A stretch of 51,231 bases of DNA, filler included, from Perkinsus olseni (taxonomy: Eukaryota): NCBI GenBank assembly GCA_013115125.1. It is 2 parts of 2 records of this genome, joined end to end, with 100 filler letters (N's around TTAATTAATTAA, not from the genome) between each part and the next. Parts side by side here need not be neighbours in the genome. Positions count along the whole stretch, not along the records: positions 1 to 25,569 come from JABANN010000495.1; 1 more part is not named here. One strand, 5' to 3'. Positions 1 to 10,992 of this stretch are shown here, piece after piece. Made by a program: the position numbers and the translations under genes. The notes under the pieces were generated by a model. It ran no database searches. It saw only the letters and a program-made list of their open reading frames with translations, and was not told the origin of the DNA. Numbering within the stretch: position 1 is the first letter of the stretch; each line of letters begins with the position of its first letter.

Positions 1-104
1 AAACCAAAAACTTTGGGGGGTTAGCCCCCCCACCCGCGGGCCCCCCCCATCGGGGGGGGTTTGTTTTTGGGTCGGGCGCCCCCCCCTTTTCCCGGGGGGG
101 CCAC

Positions 105-1310
105 ACTAGACCAAACCTTGCAGTTACCCTCCTTACAAGATGTGCTCACTCTGTTGAGCCACTGCATGGGGTGCAAACGCCCCACAGATCTGGTCCTCAC
201 TGTCGTCGACATCAAGAGCGCATTTCGCCTACTCGGCGTTCGTCAGCAGGAAACCGTTGAACTCAACGTCCGAGCGGGCGGCGTCACCTACAGACACCGG
301 TGTCTCCCGTTCGGGCACCGCAGCAGTCCTTTCAACTTTTCACGTACCGCGGGTGCAGCCCACCGGATGCTGCTGCTGCTTACGGCACTGTTGCTCTGGT
401 TCCTCTTTGGACTACTCTACGTCGACGACATGTTCTTCGCTATAGAGCGAGAACATGGAGTCGAGGGGCTAGGGCTTATTCTTGCCTTCTGGGGTTGCCT
501 GGGATTCGGTTTCTCCTACCGAAAGCTCCATTTAGGTCGCAAAGCGAAATTCGTGGGTTATGAAGTTGAGATCGCCAATGAAGGTATATACGTTACGGTG
601 CCGCGGGAAAAGCTCCAAGCTATGTATCACTGAGAACCTCAGGCAGACCCTGGTGGCGGTGCCCGTTCGTAAATGAAAAGAGCCTCGCGGCGAGGCCCTC
701 GCCAGTCTTGCTGGAAAACTCTCGTGGGCTTTGTATTGTTTTAAGCTTCTCCGACCCTACTTGTCTACGACTTTCGGAGCATTATCTCTGATGAAGAGAA
801 AACACTTGAGGAGCATGCGGACCCCAAAAGGGCTCCGGCAAGATCTATCTTTCCTGCTCAAGGTTTTCGGTGACCTCGACTCGAATGCGTTGTCCTACCC
901 GGTCCTCTCCTGCCAATGCGACATTGAGTCCGCAACACTGGTAGGCTCAGACGCGTCGACCACCGGACTGGCCGGCTTCGTACGACACGACGGGACCTGG
1001 ACGTACTGGTCCCTGCCGCTGAGCAATCTCCGCGAAGACGTCAGGAGAAGCGTCTGTGGAGACGCGTCGGCCTTCAGCCACAGGGATATGTGCTATCTTG
1101 AATTACTTGCCTCACTGATGACGCTGTCCCTATTGGCCCAATGGAGACCCACAACGCGGGTCATCGTCCAATGCGATAATCAAGGTGCTGTAGCAATCTT
1201 ACAGAAGGGATACAGCCCCAAGACGAGGGCGCAGTGGCTCCTGCGAAACGCCGCAGGATTCCTGTTCAAACTATCACCATTAATCTCCTTTCACTATATA
1301 AGCTCTCACA
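105..1310 (+). mobile_element. DIRS-like (tyrosine-recombinase retrotransposon) reverse transcriptase + RNase H fragment, disrupted
   Basis: RT motifs VVDIKSAF, CLPFGHRSSPFNF and LYVDD in ORF 61-633. LASLAGKLSWA lies at ~697-730. RNase H motifs GSDASTTGLAG, LELLASL and QCDNQGAV in ORF 731-1393. A stop at 631-633, and the RNase H ends after HYISSH without the usual N..AD.LSR. Confidence 0.8.
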
Positions 1311-1385
1311 CTATTAGTGTGACTATACGCGGCGTATCCTGCGCAGCCACAGCTTGTGTGGAGAGTATCTATGGAGAGCGATACA

Positions 1386-1880
1386 TCACATAGACCGCAC
1401 ATTAGTAGCTTCGTCAGCCGAAGACTGCTTATCAAAATGGTAGTCAGCAATGCTAGCAGCGTCGCCGCGGCTCGACTCTGAAGGGGCAACAACATCGGGG
1501 ATACGAGCATGATACCTATATCCGGTAGAAGATTGTCCTTGTTGTGGAACGGCCTTACCAGTAGTCGACTTAGTCGGAAAACATGCATGCCAGAGATGCC
1601 TCAACCTCAAGCATTCATTCATATCATCACCAGCAGTCTTCTGAATTAAAGCATCAACCTCTTCTTGACGAAGATACACAGCATAGCGAGCATCCAAACC
1701 AGTCGCTCGAGCAAAATCTTGTCGGGCAGTCTCTTCCGTCTCATCATCAATCCTGCATCGGGTACCAATGTTGTTATTTCCCTCTTGACTTAACAAAACC
1801 ATGCTTCAGCCAGTAACAGGGATATAGGAAGAGATACTGATCTGATGCTCAAAATATGCACCACAATATCGTAATAACAT
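1386..1880 (-). pseudogene. Degenerate gene fragment of unknown function
   Basis: 138-aa protein-like ORF 1386-1802 abutting the DIRS fragment; its upstream part is interrupted by stops and a large palindrome. No recognisable domain. Confidence 0.3.
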
Positions 1881-2139
1881 TAAAATGACGTAGTTTAGCG
1901 AGGAGGGACAAATGCACGGCCTAGCTCAGAGAATCACACAAGAGAATCACAAACAGTTTGTGATACTCTTGTGTGATTCTCTGAGCTAGGAGGTGCCGTG
2001 CATAGTTACTATGGTACCCATGACGGAGGGAGTTCACTACAACCTGCAATAACCTTAGTCGACACTCCCCTGGGGAGTCTCCCCATGATCTCCCCCGACG
2101 CGCGGTCTTGTGTTGGATCAGCCTTGAGGGCCGCTCCGT

Positions 2140-3700
2140 GTGAAAATAGGAGTCTATTACGTACACTGCAACTGAATGCAATATGATCGCTCAGGGCCTA
2201 GCCTGAGCTGTTCAGAACACAAGCTTGCAGTGCCGTCCTATGGTGCATTCCTGCAGCCGATGCGAAAGCGCGGAGGACTCTCTCAGCTTCAGTCTACGCT
2301 CAACTCGCATCAATATCGATCGCGTCACGGTCTGAGGAGTTACTCACACGCATCAACTCGCCTCAACTTGTCGCAGAGGTTGGATCAAGTCACACGCCTT
2401 CTCGCAACCTCCCTGGAGACAGAGCAAGGCGGGTGATTGCCATGTAGCACACGGAGCCTGACCGTTCGAAGCACATTACCCGCTATTCAGTCGAGTCGAT
2501 GCGGAAAGAATAATTGAGACATCTCAGTGACGTAGTCTTCTTACTCACACGTGGCACACAACACTATGTGACGGATGGTCACGCGCCACCGTTCGACTAA
2601 TCTGAGGTTCAGATTCTGAGCATGAGCAGATCGGCAGCAGGCGTTAACAATGCAGTTTGGCCGGAAATCCGAGTGATGGTCGGGCTCAGCATGAGGGTAT
2701 AGATATTTCTAGAGATGACCGGCTGACCTCATTTGCATTGTTGCACTCGCGTGCATGAGTATGCGTTCTAGCCTCGATTTTACGCTAGGCTGGATTGCGC
2801 AGCGTAATCTACGCTAGAGATTCTCTATTAGAGAATATCATCATCGATCGGCTCCCCTCGAGTCCGGTTTTCTACCGCTCTTTGAGACTCGTCTCGAATA
2901 GCCACACTGACTGAGTTACTGCACATGCCCGTTGTTACTAGCACTCTACTAGGCTTAAGTGATATACCCTTCACCGAAGACTCTTAGAGTCTTGAGCGGT
3001 AATATGAACTGTGTGATTCACAGGCCTCTGTCTTCGGTGCTGCTTTCGGGAGGAGCTAGGGACGGTAACTCACGTAGCCTTAAGTCTTATGGGGTTCACA
3101 TCATGTGGGCGATTTGGGGCTTCCCCTAGCGCAGCTATGCACTCGATAGAATCAGCTGCGTTAACTACAAGTCGAAGTCTGGTCTTTATGCGGTAATTTA
3201 TGGGGATTGAACGAATCACCGGTCGCTCGGTCTACACAGGGCTGGGCTACTTCTCCGCCAAGGGCGTCCGTTTCAGTAACAGTGTAGCTTCGACATTGTT
3301 GCAACGCAAGATGATGAGTAAATAGCTAAGCGAGCTAAGCCAACGAGTCTTTTTCCAAGCTGACTCTCTTGCGGGGAATGCGCGTATGCAGTGCAACGTC
3401 GTATAATATTGACAGGCATGCTATCTTGGGAAATGGAATCATATCATCTCGGGTCAAGTGGTAGCTCGGTGTAGGTCGCGGGGGAGAGTCTGCAGGATTC
3501 ATGGTGCGATGAGTCCTCACTGGGGCCCTCTGCGAGGACTTCTTTCCTGAGTCCGAATGTTCCAGCTCAAACTGAGTTGGATCAATGTCTTCCTTCAGTG
3601 TGAGGTCACCTGTGATTGGTTGACAATAATCAGCTATCGGCAGAAATGCAACATAACCATATGAAAATTTCATCGTGAACAACGTGTGCGAATCATAGGG
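2140..3700. repeat. Segmental duplication unit, copy 1 (paralogous to ~4945-6370; partial diverged copy ~7880-8170)
   Basis: Colinear shared blocks, e.g. atatcgatcgcgtcacggtctg (~2312/~5066), gatagaatcag.tgcgt (~3145/~5664), gattgaacgaatcac (~3205/~5716), ggtagctcggtgt (~3460/~6027). cgtcacggtctg also occurs at ~7889. Confidence 0.85.
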
Positions 3701-4133
3701 CCTCGAGGGTGGGGGCCCCTCACCTTCTTCCACTCCTCACTGAGGGGGGATGTTCCTGAGTGCTCATCGTACCACAACAATCGTTACCGAATGTATTGTG
3801 GGCTACAACCTGCAGTGCCTTGAGAATCGGAGTGCTCAACTGTCTTCCGTGAGATGGTATGTTGATACGTACCGCAATTGACCAACACGAGACCGTGCGG
3901 ATGCGCAAAGGAGCCTTCCTTGTGTCCAACTGCTTACGCAACGTCACAGTTACTGGCAAGATGTCGCAACTAAAGGGATAATACTCCGGATGCCATTCTC
4001 GGCCCACAGCATTATCCTATATTAGATGGAATCGGCGAGGCCGGAGTACTCAACAGCTGAGTCTTGGCTGCTACTTCACAGCAAACCGATAAGAAAGTCC
4101 CTCGCTGTCATGCTGTCAAAAAGTTGGCCATTA

Positions 4134-4345
4134 TTACGGCCTCGAACGGAAGCATTCACTGTTCCAATGCAGAGAGCACTTCTCGCCAGAGGGGCACGGC
4201 GGGTTGCGAGAACCCGTAGAACACTCATAGTCAGACTATGATAGTCTGGCTGAAGCAGGGAACGAAGTTGGGCATCGCACTGTAGAGGGCCATACAGCAA
4301 CGCCAACCAGATGATGGTAATCAGGTGAAGGTAGATCTGGACCAT
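4134..4345 (-). pseudogene. Secreted Cys-rich peptide family copy A, frameshifted pseudogene
   Basis: MVQIYLHLITIIWLALLYGPLQCDAQLRSLLQPDY, then a 14-nt insertion (4227-4240). The shifted frame reads ECSTGSRNPPCPSGEKCSLHWNSECFRSRP*, paralogous to copy B with two Cys->Arg changes. Confidence 0.85.
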
Positions 4346-4667
4346 ATTAATGATAATCTGTAATGACCAGCTATCCCAGACCCGTCGCTTCTCGAGTCTC
4401 ACGGTTCGACTTCACGTTTATGAATTCCACTATTTTGTTGGCGCCCTCATACTTAACGCAAGCCAGCGACACTACCGAGACGAGCTTAATGAGCCCCATT
4501 GTAGTGGGAGTCTACTGCGAAATATCCATTTGGCCGTTATAATAGTAGCATTCGAAGGACCGAACCAGGTGGATTTATAAAAAGGCATGTTGAAACGCCA
4601 TCTCCTGGAATTGATGGTACCTTGGAATATTAGTGTCCAAAAAGGGCCCGTCGTTAGAAGCCCTTCC

Positions 4668-4865
4668 TCAGGGTCTGGAACAAAAGCATTGACTATTCCA
4701 ATGTATCAAGCACTTCTCGTCGGAGAGGCATGGCTTTCCGCAGGCACCTGCAGGGCATTCATACGATGGAGAGTACAACGCACGGAGTCGGGCATCGCAC
4801 TGCAGAGGAGCAGATAGCAGAACGAACCAGAGAAAAGTGATAAGCGAGAGGTAGGTCTTAACCAT
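4668..4865 (-). CDS. Secreted six-cysteine peptide precursor (65 aa), copy B, intact
   Basis: MVKTYLSLITFLWFVLLSAPLQCDARLRALYSPSYECPAGACGKPCLSDEKCLIHWNSQCFCSRP*: hydrophobic signal, C-x4-C-x3-C-x5-C-x7-C-x-C, four paralogs in the window. Confidence 0.85.
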   Translation of the reverse strand: MVKTYLSLITFLWFVLLSAPLQCDARLRALYSPSYECPAGACGKPCLSDEKCLIHWNSQCFCSRP

Positions 4866-4944
4866 ATTAATGTTAACCTGTAATGGATAGTCGATAATCC
4901 CCTCAATCTCAGCGATTGAGCGACCCAACGCTAGGCCGCTTAGT

Positions 4945-6370
4945 ATGGAAATGAGAGTCTACTGCATACGCTACAGCTTAATGCAATATAATTGGTTGGA
5001 GCACAGTCTGAGCTGCAAAACCGCGGAGGATTCTCCTGGCTTCAGTCTTAGGTCGACCAGCATTAATATCGATCGCGTCACGGTCTGCGTAGTCAGTTGC
5101 ACGCGTCATCTCGGCTCCACTGGTCGCAGAGACTAGACTTAGTCACAAACCATTTCGCAACTTTCCTGGGGACAGAGCAAAGCGGGGTATTACTCCGCAG
5201 CACACAGAGCGCTGGGCGCCTCGAGGCACATTACCTGTCATTCGGTCGAGTCGATGTAGAGAGATTAAATGGGAGATCACGGGGAGACAGCATAGAGACA
5301 TCCTATGCGCCGAGGGGTCACGCGTTACCGTCGCATGCACCTGCAGTTGAGAGGATCGGGGGTAGATCGGGAGCAGATGTAGTTTGGCCGGGAGTCCAGT
5401 CATGTTTCGGCTCTGTATTGGAGTATGCAAGTTTGGTCTCGTTGCCTCGAGCACTCTGCTAGATGAAGAGATGAAAGTGGTATTGTTGTGCACTGAACAA
5501 TGTTCAGGTCATTTGATCGGCATCTGCCTTCGGTGCTGCTCTTCAGAGTAGCTGAGGATGGTAGCTCACCTAAGTTAGGTGAGCCTCAAGGTTAAACCTC
5601 GAGTCCAATGTGGACGCCTCCGGACCTCCTCAACTTGAGGACCTCAAGTGCAGCTATGTACTTGATAGAATCAGTTGCGTGGACTGAGTATGAACTTTAC
5701 GCGCTCATTGGTGAGGATTGAACGAATCACTGGTCGCTGGCTACTCAGCACTTCGCTGCGGGACCGTCAAGGGCATCCGTCGCAGCAAAAAAAGTGTTGC
5801 GGCTCGGTTGCACATGTTCACGGAAGATGAGGAATAATTAACTGAGCTAATGGGTCAGACTCGCTTAGCCTTTTTCCACGATAATCCTTTGGTGGGAAAT
5901 GCAGAAATACAGTGAAACGTCGGAAAAGAATTGAGAACGTCAATTTTTTCAGAAGAATCCTTCTATTGTTCTCCATTGAAAAGCGTGCTTTCGCGAGCGA
6001 TGGAATCATAACAGCCAGGAACGAGCGGTAGCTCGGTGTGGGACGCGGGGGAAGTCTCCGTCGGCGACTCTCCGAGATTCATGATGTGATAAGCCCTCAG
6101 TGCCACTGAGGGCTTATCCCCACTGAGTCAGTGGGGTGTTGGAGGACTGCTCTCCTGAGTCTGAAGGTTCCAGCTCGAACTGAGTCGCATCAACGTTGAG
6201 TGTGATGCGGTCGGGCTATGATCTCTTCCCACAGTCACGAAGCTCAGAGCCATCTTGTCTTACGACTGACCGCGTCGTTCCGTGTCATATTACGTCTTTT
6301 TGGTCGACAATAACTGGCTATTGGCAGAGATGCAGCATAACCGAGTAAAAACTTCATCATGAAATGCAAA
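4945..6370. repeat. Segmental duplication unit, copy 2 (upstream region of Cys-rich peptide copy B)
   Basis: Colinear similarity to 2140-3700, differing by substitutions and palindromic insertions. Confidence 0.85.
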
Positions 6371-6689
6371 CAGCTCGTGCCGCACGAGTCGCGCGAACCG
6401 TATACTCTCAGAGTCTGACGCTAGCATAGAGCCTCATCACTAACGGCAGTAACCATTTTGTATCATCTCATGCTTCGAACTTCACTTTCGGTTCATTATG
6501 AGCTTCCTGATCTATCGCTACAGTCCCAGAGTGAGTCTGCGAGACTCTCTTTAGCGTGTTTGAGGCCTAAACTTTAACCTCGCATGCGGTCCTCATCCGA
6601 TAAGGATAAGTCCGACTAGGACTGGTGATCTCAGTAACAACTCAATAACAGTCTGAGTATAAGACGCATTCGTAAGAAGATGAAAGATT

Positions 6690-7335
6690 ATAATGTCTCA
6701 CGATGATATCATACTAAACTATTAAGTGCGACCGAAATAAATAGTAAGTTCATTCGCGAGTTCCCTGTAACTCATTGGGAGACTCGAGTAAATAGCAGAC
6801 TCATAGCAGGCAGCAAGTATCTCCTAGTAAACCGTCCGCGCCATCACGACCAACGCGGAGGAGGGTCGCTTCAGCAGTGCTGAGTCAGCACGGAGACTTA
6901 ATCAAAAGCCAGGAGCGTGGCGATGCATAACCAGTGAAATCTTGAAAAAGGAATCATTTTTCAAGATTTCAACAAACTATCCTTTTAAAGGATAGTGGAA
7001 ACTGCAATCCGAACCATTTTCATGATAACCTGCAATTGATAACCGTCATTTATAAGAAAAAGAAAAATTATAGTCTCTCATGATGATTTCATACTGAACT
7101 ATAAGTCCGAACGAAATGAATAGCAAGTGATTCGCGAGTTCTTCGTAACTTAGCATACTCGAGTAGATATCAGATCTATAACGGGCGAACAATTTCCTTC
7201 TAGCAAGCAGTGCGCGTCATCCCGGTTGACTGCGTTAACTTGACGCGGAGGAGGCTCGCCTCAGCACGGAGGCTCTTTCAAACGCCAGGAGAGTGGTGGT
7301 GTATGACCAGTAGAATATTGAAAGATGGAAAATGC
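6690..7335. repeat. ~380-bp tandem duplication (~6690-7010 / ~7070-7335)
   Basis: Shared blocks gatgat.tcatact.aacta, attcgcgagtt, actcgagta, acgcggaggagg and gccaggag recur at a ~380-bp offset. Confidence 0.8.
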
Positions 7336-7408
7336 AAAATCTGTATGGTAAAAGTGATATGATAGAAAACCGCTTGGCCTCCTTCATTAGAAAAAAGTTC
7401 GTCCGTGA

Positions 7409-7555
7409 TTAGCAGTTAACGCAGTGACATTCACCGTACCATTGAAGCTGGCAATATTGACCCGGGACAACTATATGGACCAGCTAGAGCACGCAGGTGG
7501 CCATCGCACTGGCGAAGCAGGCAAGAGTCATTAGGGGGAGGTAGGTCAGAACCAT
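7409..7555 (-). pseudogene. Secreted Cys-rich peptide family copy C, deletion-damaged pseudogene
   Basis: Near-identical to copy D (19105-19299) over aacgcagtgacattcaccgtaccattgaagctggcaatattgacccg and ggacaactatatggaccagctagagcacgcaggtggccatcgcactg, but with two internal deletions (~19 and ~29 nt). Confidence 0.85.
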
Positions 7556-10500
7556 ATTAATGATAGCCTGCAAAGGATGTCCGTCGACCCTACTCAGTCG
7601 GACTGAGTCCCTCACAACACTTGCGCACTCAGTGGAAGCTACTGGGTGTAAAAGGAGGATCATGCACGACAACTTACTGTAGTCTCGATGGATGAAACTC
7701 TAGACATGAAAAGTGAGTGAACCCGACGGTGACATTCGCACTGCGAGCCTTGCATCAGAATCCGGGAAGACCGGATACGGGGCCCCGGTCCGCGGAAGTT
7801 TTTCTAAGCTCCAGTCTCGGGCCGAATCTTTTGGCTCCCCCCTAGTAGGGGGGGCCAAACAGTACCATTGACGATGGATGACTGATTGCGTCACGGTCTG
7901 TACGGTCACTCGCACGCACGAACTCGTCGGGTGACAAGTTGTCACGCAGACAGAACGATTACACGAGCCTTTCCAAGCGTTTCTGAGGTAAACAGCCGGA
8001 AAGGTGATCATCATGCGGCACACAGAGAACAAGACACTTAGTGGCTCAGCATTCGTGGTTCGGTCTAGTCTATGTTGAGGCGTTGAGCGAGATCCCAGGA
8101 GGGCGGTATTGGGACAGCCTACGCGACAAGGAGCCGCACGTGAAACTGGTTTGAGGATCAGAGAATCGGTGATCGACTCTGTTGTCCAATCCAACCAATC
8201 GCTGCTAAGCTATCGTGGAATATTGAAGGATAAGCACGCGGTGCGAGCTCGCGCTATCGGCTGCGACGAAATCGTGGGGTCCCAAATTAGACCCCCTAAT
8301 TTTGTTATGTATATCACTGGTATACATCATCATATCATCATATAATATCAGCTCTGCTGCACTGAGCCGTGTGCACTCACCATCAGCCGCGACTAGCAGC
8401 TCGCTGCAAGAATAAATAGGCTTCTACACCATTTCCCGTGGACGGTCATTTTTGCCTGGTCACTTGTCGAACGTGCACTGCAACTTGCAGTCTGCAAGTT
8501 TGACCAGGCAAACGTCTCGCTGGAGTCCAGCGGCTGGAAATTCATCGTGCGGTGTCGCAAAGTTACTTCAAGAGCCTCTGGTACACTTGAGAATTCTCAT
8601 CTCGTTCTGACATCTGCCAGAGCCTATGGCCCATAGGTGAATTTTTTTCGCTGGAAAAGGAGGATAATCAACCCAAGCCCGTGGAGCGGGAGAACATGTA
8701 GTGCGGAGCGAGTTCCGAACTTGAAGGATTATTGACATCGAATATAGCGCTCGCAGGTACACATAGACAATAGCTGAGCAAGTAAGGTGAGCTTCCGTTG
8801 TTAAACAGTGTTACTCACATCATGATAACTCATCATTGATGAGCTCTCCATCAACTAGAATTTCGTCAGCCGCAACTTTTACCAGTAGCTAAGCCACTCA
8901 GTGACTGCAGTGGCACTCGTTTAGACCATCGTGATTCTCATCGCAGAAACTAATAAGTGAAAAACCAAGGGCTTTGGCGGGAAACATTTCTTGCTTTAAC
9001 AATAAGAATTAGATTGCATTCACAGCGTATATCGTACATGTTCTACCAACAATGTCAGAGAGGCGGCCAATGGAAAAATGAAGCGGCCAGCCCTTCGAGA
9101 ATAAATGAGTGTGACGGATTTTCCGAAAATCATTTTCGGCATGTGGTCGTAACAGAGCTCGTTCCAAGTTCCGGCTGCGAACCACGGCCCGTGATGCAAA
9201 CTCGAATTTGCGATTTCAGTTCAGCTTCGTCTGGTCAGAAACAGAAAGACGGAAAGCTCAGAGCTAGCTGACGCAAAACAGCTCCCGTCGAAGGAGGAGA
9301 ATCTCATCTGATGAGCAATGGCTGAAGGTGCAGCAGCAGCCGAGTGGTGCGAGAAAATACCTGAGACAACGCCAAGTGTTTTCACGCCCAGTTCGAGTTG
9401 AACTGTTCGACCATCCAAGTACTGTCATATGGCCCATATGAGGTACCAATCGCAACTTGATGGCCTACGGCTCTTCCTAGCTTTGTGCGTACTCAGAGCA
9501 ATGCTCTGAGGACTTATGCCATAAGTAACTTTCGAACTGTGCAAAAGCCATCCGACACGGGTCACTTCGCCAGGCGGACTGAGTTCGCCGGACTCTGCCT
9601 CTAAGCTCACATGAGAATTCTGCCGTAGGATCCGATCATAAAACACGTGAGTTCGCCAAGCGTAACGCTTGGACGGTTCCCCGGCAAGTCGCCGCGCATT
9701 CCCCCAGAGCACGCATGTGTCTACTGTGTCGCACGCGTATCTTTGACTCCCTCGCGCGCGTGTGGGTATCACGCTGTTCATGGGGAACCCTACGCTCCGA
9801 CCGTTCCCTCTCCAAGAAAACCCCGCATCGTTTTCTCTGCGCCCGATTTTCTTAACATGCGAAAACATCGCAAAGTCGCTTCGTGATGGCAGATTAATAA
9901 GACCACTCGTGAGCTGCTGACGTCGGCCGCCTGCGGCAGGGATCATACCTGAGTCTCGCGCGTGAGAGTCCGAGATACTAACCGCTAGACCAGAAACTCT
10001 GCACAAATACCGAACCTATTTTCGTTGGCTCCTCGACACGTTTGCGACGACTTGCTCATAATTACAATTCTTCCGCTTCGAAATGTCACAGTGAGCCCAC
10101 CAACAGCCGTTACACCTCTGTCAACTATTCTATCGCTATGCCGTCAGGCGAGCAACACACGCTGAATTTTGCAGAAAAGTATGGCGCCCGCGATCTTCGT
10201 TAACTGGCCGCCAGTTACTGGCGCAGCAAAGATTAGATCGAAGGGATACATGGACCATGTAACATGGTGAATACAGGAGACCAACTAACTTGGGGGTAGC
10301 ATCAACAACCATCAGTGGGCTTATTCAATAACAATCTTCACACGCTTCGCCCTCGGAAACTGCATCTCGAGTGCCTGTGAGATGTGTTGGTAGAACCTGT
10401 GTGGCCGCCGGCCACTGGCCGGGTGTGAAAGTGTCTTGAAAAGACAAAGATACCAGCACGCTGTTCTTTGATGTGCCACCCGGAGTCGACAATCACCAGG

Positions 10501-10992
10501 GTCGTAGAAGTTCTATGATAGAACGGATTGATACTTAGAGCAGAAGTCTTACACCTTCGAGACACGCTGGGCTGTGAGTTGTGAAAGGGATGGTATTTAC
10601 TGAGGTAAAAATGGCTCTACCGTTACCTCAACGAATCGAGTATCGTGGACAGTGGCTCGAAAAGGTTACGTTTCTTCGCGAAATTACCTATGAGTCTTGC
10701 GTGAGGATCTATTCCTCCATGGTTCATTTCTCCTACGGGCAAACACGACAGGATATTGCCCAATTTGCCAAGTATGAGAGAAGCCCTTGGATACAGTGAC
10801 ACCCCCCGCCGTTCAAGACTTCTAGAAAAGATTTTTATGCGTGAAATGGTGCGGTTCCAGAATCGATTCTGAGTTTCAGAATTGGTGTATTGAGCGACCC
10901 CTGATTTTCTCCACTTGCTTCTACGAGGGAGTATGCGCCGAAATTTTCAGATATAAAACCTCTCTCTTTCTTTCTTAGACTGAATTCCTCTC

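Noticed and set aside
1-104. G/C homopolymer hairpins at the window start (possible element terminus or G-quadruplex)
   Set aside because: Run-rich sequence at an apparent contig edge looks like a low-quality read end; no function can be supported.
3335-4010. Minus-strand ORFs (132 aa, 95 aa) with a paralog at ~5820-6370
   Set aside because: Possibly a decayed gene pair, but frames are not preserved between copies and no domain is recognisable.
4076-4402. 108-aa ORF as a real protein
   Set aside because: Read-through product of the frameshifted peptide pseudogene A; the true start is 4345 and the homologous frame ends at 4134.
8200-10900. Assorted 60-190-aa ORFs
   Set aside because: No motifs, no consistent exon structure and non-ATG starts; treated as intergenic.
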